Part shown: in pieces, positions 39,676-52,126 of the stretch
Numbering within the stretch: position 1 is the stretch's first letter
How the letters are laid out: each line of letters starts with the position of its first letter
From: Botryllus schlosseri
Lineage: Eukaryota
NCBI GenBank assembly: GCA_051294905.1
Contig: CM119372.1
Coordinates: 34,412,001 to 34,476,000 of the forward strand
DNA: 64,000 nt
Direction of reading: 5' to 3'
Notes under the pieces: model-generated
Seen by the model: only the letters and a program-made list of their open reading frames with translations
Databases searched by the model: none
What the model was told of the DNA's origin: nothing
Position numbers and translations under genes: made by a program

Positions 39676-41643
39676 CAGTGCTTTTCAAACCTGTGTGACG
39701 GTTCGCACTAGTGCCAATGACAAAAATTTCAGTGCGAATGACAAGCGTGGTGCGAATGGTGCGAACAAAAAATCCGGATGAGTGCGAACGGCAAGCGTGG
39801 TGCGAATAGTGCGAATGAAAAATCCGGTTGAGTGCGAATGAAAATTGTCCATGTTTCTCACTTTTCTCGACGTGGAATAATTCAAATTAACTTAACACGA
39901 TATTAAGTACAGTAAGCCCGTAAATTTTGTCGTTTGGAAGCAATTCTAAAAATATGTTGGAAGCTAGGCTTTTCTAGTTCACAAGTGACGAACGCTCACG
40001 ATGCGTGTATATTGCAAAGTTTGAGAGAATATTTCCGCGCGAGAGGATTACGTCACCGCACGGAGAAAAGAAGGAGTGGAATCGGAATCAGTTACTCGTA
40101 AACATCCACCGAGTATGGATATTGTGTACGGAACTTGTAGGAATGTAGGTAATAGTGGCCGATGCCAGTGTTGACATTTGGCACATTTGAATGCAAAATA
40201 TTGGAATTTTTGCACACATTCATATTGGTTAACTGCATAATTTAGCGTTTCTTTAACTATAACAATTAGCACATTAGATCTATAACAAGTGTTATTTACT
40301 CGTGTAGCCTACCTAAGCAAGGATTAGATAAATTAATAAAATTAGTGTAAGCACATTAGTGTCTTACGTCCAATGAATATTTATCTTGCATCACATCGAA
40401 ATATTAGGTCACTGAACAGTTTATCTGCTGACCAGTGCAATGGCCTGTTTGTAATGCGAACTCCACCTTTTAGGCCTAGACACGCATTCCTGTTCCTGAA
40501 CTGATGATCTCAGGCCAAGTCTAGATCGTAAAGGCATAGGCCTATATTGACATATCGGTGATGCCACTAAGCTTGCTGATCGGTAGGAAAAGTTTGCCTA
40601 GTTTGTGTTTGTACCGCCTTTGTACTACAAACTTTGCAATATTCCGAACTCTACCAATTTACTTTGAACACCGTCTTCATAGCAAAATCAAATCCCCCAA
40701 GACGTATCTCTTACGATATTTCTTCTGCAGCCTAATTGAACCGTATTTTGACTGTTGAAACTTATTCCTCCTTATGTATAAGGATATGATGGTATAGTAA
40801 CGATAATTTGGCATTATTTCAGTCAGTTTTCCAATATTGTACGATTGACCTAAGAGCTATCCCGCAGTTGGCTACCCGGGCCGATATAACTGTGTGTTAA
40901 TCGTGAATCTTATGTAAGTAATAATTATTCAAGAAGGTGCAAGTGTTGGCTTTTACAACACAAGGATGCCGAGCGTTGTTATTGAAAGATATGTTGATTT
41001 ATGTACTGCATGGATAAGAAGTGAATGAAGCCTAAGCTTACCCATAAATAACAGTCATCAATTACTCGGATTGTGTGGGTTTGTATAGCAATACATTCCT
41101 GATTTCAACGCCCACCGTACCATCCAATCGGCTAACATACCTTAGTACGCGAAGCATCTTTTCGAATGTTGTCAGAAAATGAACCAAAGGTGCTAGTCAC
41201 AACATTGATGCTACGATTCAAGTGCAGTTTCACTATTTTGTGCGCTCTAAATACGAACACATTCACGTCGCGATGACATAACATGTGGATTTAGTGGCAA
41301 AGTGATATTGTAGCGAATGAATATTGTTCCTGGGTTCGCCCTTTAAGCTTCGAAGGAAATCACTGCACGATACCTCCAGAAAATGCAACGAACTACTTGA
41401 GAACAAAGGGAGTGCGATATCTGTGATTTTTTTACTGCAGTGATTTTAGTGCTTGATTAATCAATAATACAATACGCTGAATGCTAAATAATGAAGCTCT
41501 GTACCTCCAAGAAGCTCTTCGAATACAAAAGTGATGAGTTTCTTCATTTTCTTTTCGTGTACTAAATTTCGGCTGACTGGTGCGAATGAAATTGTTTTTT
41601 AAAAAAAAGGGCGAATGGAGCTCAAAAAGGTTGAAAAGCTCTG
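39676..41643. mobile_element. Non-autonomous hAT element (~2 kb)
   Basis: TIRs CAGTGCTTTTCAA / TTGAAAAGCTCTG, perfect 8-bp TSD GTCTATGG, subterminal GTGCGAATG repeats at both ends. Confidence 0.9.
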
Positions 41644-44600
41644 GTCTATGGTATATTCACTATATTGTGTTGATTTACGAAATAATTTCGGATCGCCTAC
41701 GATCTTTGTACATTTTGAAAAAACTTGTGAGTAGTATATACGATCGCTCGCATGACGCAATGGGTTTCTTATGGGCCCGCTCGCACATCGTATTGAAAAC
41801 TCGTGTTGGCATATCGTACTTTTAGACCCCCCCTATCGCTCGCACATCGTAATGTGTTCTTATGGGTGCGCTCGCACATCGTACTTTCAAGTATAGGCTG
41901 CGGCGGTGACTCGTATTGAAAACTCGTGTTGGTATATCGTACTTTCGGGTGTAGGCATCTCTCGCACATCGTACTTTCGCATGTCGTACTTTCGCGTATA
42001 GGCTGTGTTGGTGATTCGCTATGTGTTCTTATGGTCGCGTCGGCATATCGTACTTTCGGGTGTAGGCATCTCTCGCACATCGTACTTTCGCATGCCGTAC
42101 TTTCGCGTATAGGCTGTGTTGGTGATTCGCTATGTGTTCTTATGGGTGCGGTCGTGATTCGTACTTTCAGGCATCTCTCGCGCGGTGTTGAATAGTCACC
42201 AACAATAACCACACAAACGGAAACGTGGCTCGTTGTGAGGATTAAGCAGTGCGACCTATATTTCGAATGACCTGCGCGCTGAATTGTTTCACGGCCAACC
42301 GCGTGCTACTATCGATTATTACACTATTCCATTCAGTGCGAAATAGTTTGCTAAATCTAGGAGTCACTTCCGAGGTAATATTTTGGTAATTAGTTTACCA
42401 CAGAGTCGGCGTAGACGGCGATTCGAATATCAACAATAACCACGTTCACAAACTAACACTTCAAAAATGTGTGAAATAGTTTACAAAACCCCGCGATCGC
42501 TGACGAGATAATGTCTCGGACATAACCATCTTTCGCGACTTGGTGTTACAGGCATATCGATCGCTCACGCGGTGAAATATTCGTAGGCATCACTCGCAGA
42601 ATTATATTTTGGTAATTATTTTGTCACAGAACCGGTGTAGACGGTGATTCCAACACCAACAATAACCATGCACACAAACTAACACTTCAAAAAGGGTGTG
42701 AAATAGTTTGCAAAACCCCGCGATCGCTGACAAGATAATGTCTCGGTCATAACCATCTTTCACGACTTGGTGTTACAGGCATATTGATCGCTCACGCGGT
42801 GAAATTTTAGTAATCAGTTTGTCACAGAACTTGATATCGCTGGTAAGATTTAACAAGTAACGAATAACAGACCGCCAGTGTCGGTAACTTGAATAGCGAC
42901 AAATTGTCACTTATTTCCGCTCTAACCCTAATCCTCTGTGAAGTGAACGCTTATTCAAAAGGGTGTGATAATTTTAAAATCCGACGACCACTCACCGGAT
43001 AATGCTTCAGACATAGCAATCCCTCATACCCGCTCACAAGGTAATATTTCGGTAATTAGTTTGTCACAGAACCGTCGCAGGCGGTGATTCGAAAACCAAC
43101 AATTTGTCACTCGCCCGCGATCGCTATATGTTTCACGCCTCCAGAATAGTGGCTGACTTTAGTTGCGTGATAAGATCCATGAAAATATTCAATCAATGTG
43201 TTAGTTTATCAACTTGAAATGAAACTCACTACACAAATCAAGTCGATTCGTATCTGAATGTTCTAAATCGGTACAACTCTAATCCTTTGACAAATCCCTT
43301 AACGCGTTTTTGTTGAATCGAACGTAACCCGAATATTACTGACGCCGACTTTCAGCCGCATTGAATTATTCGCACATTCGCCGCTGTTTTCACACTTATA
43401 GAATCAATACCAACTATAACTCTACAAGAATCAAGAATCACAAGTATGTGCATTACACAGTTATTGTCTTTATTAACTTGAAATCAAACACTTAACAAAA
43501 ACACGCAACTAATCATTTGGCAACTCTAGCATTACCAAAAAAATTCCAGTATTGTTGATTGAAAATCCTTGAGTCATTATTATCAAAAATGTTATAGTAC
43601 CGCATCGGAATCCATTCGCGGGATGTACTAAAGGTAAATCCAGATAATCCAAAATGAAATATTTGGTCTTTGACAAACATGACTACTAACTTTGATCCAG
43701 TCACATTTCAAGATTATACTTTGAAACAATCCTTGAAACTTAAATCTCTATTCACGACTGAGTTTTCCGTTTGTCAGTTTCAGTAAATACTATCGCGATA
43801 TTTTAATGTGTTACTACACACAATAGAATCATTCAATGAAATAGCACCTGTTGTAAATATTTCTAACTTGACAACCACTTGTGCATACCGCGATCGACTT
43901 GTGACGCGATGAGTTAAATCGGAATATTTCAATCTATTTCTCGAAACCTTGAACAAGCTATCGGGTTATTTTTTTTGTTGTAATCGAGTGAACGGAAATA
44001 GTATTACGTCTCAACATTTTAACATCTTCCCATACACAAAAGAGTAAAATACAAAAAACCTTGTCAAGTCAATCCGTTTGTAACTTACCCAACCAAAGCA
44101 AAAAGTATCCTTATGAAAAGTAGACAAGACTACGCGAGTAATCACCACAATCCAAAATCCATAGCAAGTTCGGTTGTATTCATAGTCCACCAACTCGTAC
44201 TTTTATTCAACTGTAAAAGTCGTTACTATTCCGCAAGACAAAGAAATTACTATGTGGTATATTTTGTAAGACAAAAGTAATTACTTCTCGGTGTCGGCGA
44301 CTTGAGATTAACATATGTTTTGAGTATATGATATTTGAATGTCTGACCAACGTAGTTAAGAATTCATTTTATACGATCGAACACCGGTATTACATTGAAA
44401 GTTATCATGCTGTAAACATAAGGATTGACACATGGATTTGACATATGTAATAGTTGATCATGGCTTGATTATTAAATTATTCGCGTTAATTAGACCCGGC
44501 GTTGCGGTAAAGGTTATTATGACAGCAACAAACTTTTCACCGCCGTGGTTATTAACATATTGATTTGTAAAACTATACTTGTCTGAAATGTTCTTGGTTT

Positions 44601-46739
44601 GAAAGATATTCCGTGTTGGTACAAATCACTCTGTGTATTACGGATATCAGAAAATATTTTTACAAATGTAGTTGTTTCCAGTAACCAAGACTAAAGATGA
44701 CACAACAATTTCGTTTGGAATATCTTTACTGGACGCATCCTATTCTACTAGACTTGAGTAATACACAAAACTCATAGCATTAACAAAATCGCAATAGGCG
44801 CTACACTGAAATCTACAAAATGTGTTTGTATTGTTACTCAAAGTAGTGATCATAAATTATCATTTAAATAAGTAATTGTAATCATAAAACCAAACTTGTG
44901 AAAGTCATTACCATAACAAAAGAATATTGTAGGTTGCTTGCTAAATGTATGCCGGAAATATTTGTAGAACGCTCACGACCAAAGAAATCGGAAATTTCTC
45001 CCCATTGTCATTCGTCAAAGTATATGTTGTCACAATACTCATCCCGTAAAAGATCTTACTTGTATGTGATTGAATCGCCGGTAATTAACTCGCTAAATCA
45101 AACCATAAGGAAATTTCACTCAGTCATCGGATTATGATATTAAACAGCGTCGCTTAATCGGCATAGAGCGTTTTTCTAAATGCAAATCATACCTGACCAA
45201 CAGAAAACAATTTTCACTCACCTCGTAATGAAACCAAGTGGTGGGCCTACGTTCAATATTTTGTTTGTGTCAAATACTTTGCAATAAACACACACACTGG
45301 AGTGGTTGAGCTTTACATCATCAAGCTGTCATCTGTAAATCGAGATCACATCCGACTTGTAACTGTATCGTTTACCTAACCGAGTTGTATGCACAGTTTC
45401 ATATTTTTATCATTTAGTGATTGCTGAACATACCAAACGATACACATTCACTTCCGAAATACTGCGTTGATCTCAATTCCCTTTGTCGTGATAACCGAAG
45501 TACATTTGTTTCGAATTCGTAACAGCCGACTTTTCTATGACACGATAAATTTTGACAAGTTATGCTTAGAAGATTGGTTGCATATCGCGAAAAATAACAT
45601 ACTGCTCATATTGATACCGTTAATCGGTATTTTCACGCGAGTCGATTTTCAAATGAGTAAAATTTATTACATGAGTTTCTCCGCTTAATGTAAATGAAAA
45701 CTCAGTCGTCTTTTAACATCACATAGACATTGATAAAAAGTAAGTAAGCAATCAAACACAACACTTTGTACGACACTAATTATTGTTCCACACATCTCAT
45801 TTCATACTAAGTGTATACGAAAGATATTCATGTTACACGAAAATATTCGCTCATGCTACAAACCTGTACAATGATTGGTGGTGTAAGTCCAGCACAATTG
45901 TGGTATCCACACGAGTTTAGTTAACACAATTTACGACACCGAGGTCGCCTCATCTTTCGTAAGACAACAAACCAAGGCTTCAGGATATGTCCATGTCATA
46001 ACAATAAATCAACTACTCCAACAACAGAATACATATGTTTTCTAGCACGGTGCTTACATCTTACACACAAATCAACCAACTTTGCTAACGAAAAGCGCTG
46101 AGTCATCACATGGTTGTCCTCACAACAATACAACTAAAACATACTATCATACAAAATGGCCGTTATAGTTTGCACACCAACGATACATCGTACAAGTAGC
46201 AAGTCTCGAGAATCCAGTTATTCAAAAAAACGTGAAAGTGTTTCTACGCCAAGTCGGTATGTTGACGATAGCATATATTGTAATATCATGATCGATTTAC
46301 ATTCGTTGGTCACAAAATGTCACTACTCTAAATAATTATTTTTCACTCAAAGCCTACTTGTCACCATTCGTTTCATCAAGCACGAGTTCAAGAAACCTGC
46401 TACGACATGAATTGTTATTTTTATGTTGTGTAAATAGGTAATAATTAATTTTAGTAACACTATATCAACATCATCGAGTTGCGTGAATAGATTTACATGT
46501 GGTCTTGTGGTTTTAATCGAAGTATACAGCACGGTCTAATGTAGAGTCATCTCTACTGTACAGCAACTCGGTAATCGAAATGCATTAAAATTTAAACAAC
46601 GATCTTGTTTCGTCGCACCAAAAATATGTTTACTATCGCGATACTCTGCACAGGCCGTGTAAATCCTTTTCACACTCGTAATAGTATACCAACAGCTACC
46701 GGCGACAACGTTTAACAATACCAACAACACTAAACATAC

Positions 46740-47440
46740 GATACCTACCCAAGTAAAATTACCATTTTCACCTAGAGGTCGGTCGTTACCCGAGTAGAAA
46801 TACCATTGTCCTTTGGAGATTTATCGTTTACCCAGTGTAACAAACCTTTTTCCCTTGGAAATATATTTTTTCTCTTGGTAACTAACCTTTTTCACTTGGA
46901 AATCTATTTTTGTCCTGGATAACAAACCTTTTCACTTGGAAATATATTTTTTCTCTTGGTAACAAACCTTTTTCACTTGGAAATATATTTTTTCTCTGGT
47001 TAACAAACCTTTTTCACTTGGAAATATATTTTTTCTCTGGTTAACAAACCTTTTTCACTTGGAAATATATTTTTTCTCTGGTTAACAAACCTTTTTCACT
47101 TGGAAATATATTTTTTCTCTGGGTAACAAACCTTTTTCACTTGGAAATATATTTTTTCCCCGGGTAACAAACCTTTTTCCCTGAGCAACAAACCATTTTC
47201 ACTTGGTGGTTCGTCGTTTACCCGAGTAAAAATATCATTTTCTTTTGGAGATCCGGCGTTTACCCAGTGTAACAATACATTTTCACTTGGAAAAATACTT
47301 TTACCTAGAGTAACTAATCATTTTCTCCTGGGTAACAAACCCTTTTCGTCTGGAAACTATCATTTACCTGAGTACCAATACCGTTTTCACTTGGAAATCT
47401 ATCTTTTCCCTGGGTAACAATACCATTTTCGTTTTAAAAA
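46740..47440. repeat. 41-42 bp tandem array, copy C left arm (mirror at ~49875-50495)
   Basis: Same unit as in copies B and D. Confidence 0.9.
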
Positions 47441-48217
47441 CTGACAACCACACCGGTCAATTTGATACTTTTTGTATATTGTTACAACAGACAGCGACAA
47501 AATATACACCAACAACGACTCCGATACATTTGTCTAATCAAATATTCACTTGCTCTGATGCATCCCATCAAAATCATTGGTTACTCACATACAATAACAA
47601 CGTGCTGTTGTACATCGACATGTATGTTTTCGGAATTGGTGAATAAAGGGGTTTCCGATATGTCCGTGATGTCCGGGTTCGTGCTTTGGATTTTCCAGAG
47701 TCAAAATGTCTGAATAAAACACCTCCTCGACTTTGGTAACTGGTTGATACACGGATAATGGTGTTTGGAAAACGGATGAATTTTTGTTCCCCATCGCGCT
47801 GACAACATCGGGTACTTGTGAGTTTCCTCGGGTCTGTTTACTATATTGTGTCTTTACTGGTCAATACATGTCGCTCCAGTCAGCTGAAACCGGATCACTA
47901 ATATGAGAAAGTGTGGGGGCCGGATCCGGATATTCACTCATGACCCAACGACCGATATTCAAGTAAACATGTTACCGACCGTGTTTTGTCTCCATGAAAA
48001 ATACCTATGCATACACCATCACATCAAGTACGTCACGATTGTTCACAAGTATTTGCGTAAACGAGGTGTATGTACAATGTGTCGATGCACAAACATCATG
48101 GGACACAAATTCACGTTCTCAAGTCTCATCATGCGCCGACTCTGTACATTCAATGTGGGCATAGATGACTTGGAGACATGATACAATGGATAGTGCATTA
48201 TGCATACCGATATATTC

Positions 48218-48496
48218 TCAGTCAAATATGCGACCCATACACATCCATATACCCTGATTTTCGCTGAATATCCACAACACCAACAAATCTGTACATTTCT
48301 TTTCCCCTGACCTCGACGATAGAGTTGTCATCCCAATGTACCAATCGAGTGTATGGTTCATCAGGTGAAAATCCAAATCAAATGTCGCCAAGGTATCGTT
48401 TTTCATTTTCAATATTTCCACCGCTGCATCTTTTCTGTGTCGTAAAACCACGGTGTGAGGCCAGAGGAATCTATGGAACGTTACGCGTAATCCCAT
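48218..48496 (-). pseudogene. Central-spacer gene of unknown function in copy C (1-bp frameshift)
   Basis: Peptide homologous to 57623-57918; frame restored by adding one T in GATTTTCA. Confidence 0.6.
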
Positions 48497-51490
48497 AATT
48501 ACTCGGGGATATAGTCAGGTAACGACAACGTTTTCTCAGTGGTCTGCGTGGGTGCACCGTTTCAATACGTAGCTGGATCAACTAGACCAAAAGTTTCCAA
48601 CCACGTTTTATAACGGCATGTAGAATTACGAGACAGCACCCTCTTGCGGAGTGGTTAACACGAAATCAGTCTTCAACCCACAGAGACACACCTCGGATTA
48701 CATTATCTAATCGTATTCGAACTCGAGATTCACACACACACAGAGTCCCTGTTTACGATTTCAATCCGGAGTCACTGCTCACGATGTTTAGCTGGAGTCG
48801 TTGTGTGGGAGTAGCAACATCGGGCATATTCATCACCTGCAAGATTGATAACGATGGTGATCGCCAAATACCGAAAACCAGGTGAAACACTGCGGTCTCA
48901 GCAAAAAGTTCGCAGGTTAGGACGAACAATACGTGGAGGGATTGAGCGAGTTACGCAACCCGATTATGTCGAAGTCTAGATCACGATACAAGTCTACCTG
49001 AGAATCCGAACAATCTTGCAAAATCAAGGTGTGAACCCGTGAAAGGGCTGTACTCGTGTGAGATGTATTTTTCACAAGTTGGGTGGAGGTCGGTTCATAC
49101 TAAGACCATGTTACGTCCAAATATGACCGCTTGCCTGTCTCCAAGTCATCTATGCCCACATTGAATGTACAGAGTCGGCGCATGATGAGACTTGAGAACG
49201 TGAATTTGTGTCCCATGATGTTTGTGCATCGACACATTGTACATACACCTCGTTTACGCAAATACTTGTGAACAATCGTGACGTACTTGATGTGATGGTG
49301 TATGCATAGGTATTTTTCATGGAGACAAAACACGGTCTGTAACATGTTTACTTGAATATCGGTCGTTGGGTCATGAGTGAATATCCGGATCCGGCCCCCA
49401 CACTTTCTCATATTAGTGATCCGGTTTCAGCTGACTGGAGCGACATGTATTGACCAGTAAAGACACAATATAGTAAACAGACCCGAGGAAACTCACAAGT
49501 ACCCGATGTTGTCAGCGCGATGGGGAACATAAATTCATCCGTTTTCCAAACACCATTATCCGTGTATCAACCAGTTACCAAAGTCGAGGAGGTGTTTTAT
49601 TCAGACATTTTGACTCTGGAAAATCCAAAGCACGAACCCGGACATCACGGACATATCGGAAACCCCTTTATTCACCAATTCCGAAAACATACATGTCGAT
49701 GTACAACAGCACGTTGTTATTGTATGTGAGTAACCAATGATTTTGATGGGATGCATCAGAGCAAGTGAATATTTGATTAGACAAATGTATCGGAGTCGTT
49801 GTTGGTGTATATTTTGTCGCTGTCTGTTGTAACAATATACAAAAAATATCAAATTGACCGGTGTGGTTGTCAGTTTTTAAAACGAAAATGGTATTGTTAC
49901 CCAGGGAAAAGATAGATTTCCAAGTGAAAACGGTATTGGTACTCAGGTAAATGATAGTTTCCAGACGAAAGGGGTTTGTTACCCAGGAGAAAATGATTAG
50001 TTACTCTAGGTAAAAGTATTTTTCCAAGTGAAAATGTATTGTTACACTGGGTAAACGCCGGATCTCCAAAAGAAAATGATATTTTTACTCGGGTAAACGA
50101 CGGACCACCAAGTGAAAATGGTTTGTTGCTCAGGGAAAAAGGTTTGTTACCCGGGGAAAAAATATATTTCCAAGTGAAAAAGGTTTGTTACCCAGAGAAA
50201 AAATATATTTCCAAGTGAAAAAGGTTTGTTAACCAGAGAAAAAATATATTTCCAAGTGAAAAAGGTTTGTTACCAAGAGAAAAAATATATTTCCAAGTGA
50301 AAAAGGTTTGTTATCCAGGACAAAAATAGATTTCCAAGTGAAAAAGGTTAGTTACCAAGAGAAAAAATATATTTCCAAGGGAAAAAGGTTTGTTACACTG
50401 GGTAAACGATAAATCTCCAAAGGACAATGGTATTTCTACTCGGGTAACGACCGACCTCTAGGTGAAAATGGTAATTTTACTTGGGTAGGTATCGTATGTT
50501 TAGTGTTGTTGGTATTGTTAAACGTTGTCGCCGGTAGCTGTTGGTATACTATTACGAGTGTGAAAAGGATTTACACGGCCTGTGCAGAGTATCGCGATAG
50601 TAAACATAAGTAGTTATATAGATCGGTCAACCGGTGGCAGGGGTTCTTATGGGCGGGGTCGCATGCTAACGAGAAACCGGGGGTGGCATGCTAACGTTTT
50701 CGTCTTATGGCGGGGGTGGCATGCTAACGTTTTCGTCTTATGGGTGCGGTCGCATGATAACGCGAAACTCGTGGTGGCATGCTAATGTTTTTTGGTATAC
50801 GTGCGGCGACATGCTAACGACGATAAATGTGTCTGTCATGTATTCTTACGGGATCTGTGGCGACTCGCCATGTGTTCTTATGGGCGCGGTCGTGATTCGT
50901 ACTTTCAGGCATCTCTCGCGCGTTGTTGAATATGTATCAAGTAAATAGTCATGCGAATGAATCTTTGTTAATGTGTATATCGTTATTCTTATGGACGCGG
51001 CGATGATTCGTACTTTCGAGTATAGACATCTCTCGCGTGGTGTTGAATATGTACGAGTCACCAACAATAACCGCGCGGACGGAAACGTGGTTTGTTGTGA
51101 GGATTACGCGTGCGACCTATATTTCGAATGACCTGCGCGCTGACTTATTTCTCGTCTAGTCGCTACTATCGATTATTACACTAGACCGGTCAGTGTGAAA
51201 TAGTTTGATCGTAAATTATGATATATGATGTCGTAGTTTAGTCGTATCAAATGACCGATCGTGTTCTCTCTTTCCTCGCTATTGATTGCTAGCTGAATAA
51301 TACTTTCGGCTTATTCGCTGTTTCGCGCGTACAAAATAGTCTGCTGTTCACAGTCTCAACTTCATCGCGATAGCACAATTTTCACACCTCGATCAGTAGA
51401 ACAACACCGCACTAACGCAGTTGGCGAATCACATAGGTCATACATTTTACGCGAAATGAAATATTGTATTGTGGTATACAAATATGCAAA

Positions 51491-52126
51491 CTATTCTTTC
51501 AATTCAACAAGTCTAGTTAACGAATCGATTTTCAAGCTGCCGACACAGTTTTTAACACGAGTGAGTTGATATTTCTTCCCGGGTACGAGCGAGGCTTTGT
51601 TCCATTGATCCAAAACCACCTCACCAGTATCATCCTTCAATGTAAAACTGTATAATTTCAACTCCTTTCCGGCCCCAGAATTGACCATCTTCTCCTCTCG
51701 AGAAACACAAGTAGCGGCGATCGAAACGTATTCATCTTTATTCCCGTATACCGATTCGCAGGTCAATAATGGGTATTCTTCAGTCGTATGTCTCGATTTT
51801 CCATGCGTGGTTACTGACGAAGCCCGTCCCAGTAATACAGCAGGTTTTCCAGTAAACTTGTCAATTTGGACCCAACCGGATTTGACCATGAGTTTTTTTC
51901 GTTTGGAGAATGCTTTCTCAATGACCCCGAACAATTCACGATTGAAACACGTGAAAGATATCTCTTCGTTATTACCGTCGATGAATATACCTTTGAGATA
52001 TTGGCTAACGCCACCTCTTTTGGGTGATGAGACGAATTTGACGCCGACGTGAAAATTTGAAGTTGCTCCGACTTGCATAGTGTTGACGCTGTTCGATGCC
52101 ATATCGTTTGATAAAGTGGGAGTCAT
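51491..52126 (-). CDS. Tandem OB-fold protein (RPA/SSB-like ssDNA-binding), 211 aa
   Basis: Intact intronless ORF. C-terminal half YVSIAATCVS...KLYSFTLKDDTGEVVLDQWN...PGKKYQLTRVK fits the RPA-type OB pattern. N-terminal half (FIDGNNEEISFTCF) looks like a second OB fold. Confidence 0.7.
   Translation of the reverse strand: MTPTLSNDMASNSVNTMQVGATSNFHVGVKFVSSPKRGGVSQYLKGIFIDGNNEEISFTCFNRELFGVIEKAFSKRKKLMVKSGWVQIDKFTGKPAVLLGRASSVTTHGKSRHTTEEYPLLTCESVYGNKDEYVSIAATCVSREEKMVNSGAGKELKLYSFTLKDDTGEVVLDQWNKASLVPGKKYQLTRVKNCVGSLKIDSLTRLVELKE

Larger units (their letters stand above)
41730..50608. mobile_element. Copy C: palindromic AGT-terminated element (left arm 41730-48178, spacer 48179-49135, right arm 49136-50608 interrupted by copy D)
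   Basis: Starts AGTAGTATATACGATCG. 49136-50608 is the reverse complement of 46625-48178, with a few substitutions and about two fewer array units. Mirrored ORF pairs (47903+/49411-, 47462+/49852-). Confidence 0.9.

Noticed and set aside
41769..42212. 147-aa ORF with an internal repeat
   Set aside because: It arises from a 111-bp duplication within the subterminal repeats and is not conserved in the other copies.
51491..52126. Helitron assignment based on the RPA-like gene
   Set aside because: No Rep/helicase and no TC...CTRR ends with a 3' hairpin. The termini and inverted architecture do not fit.
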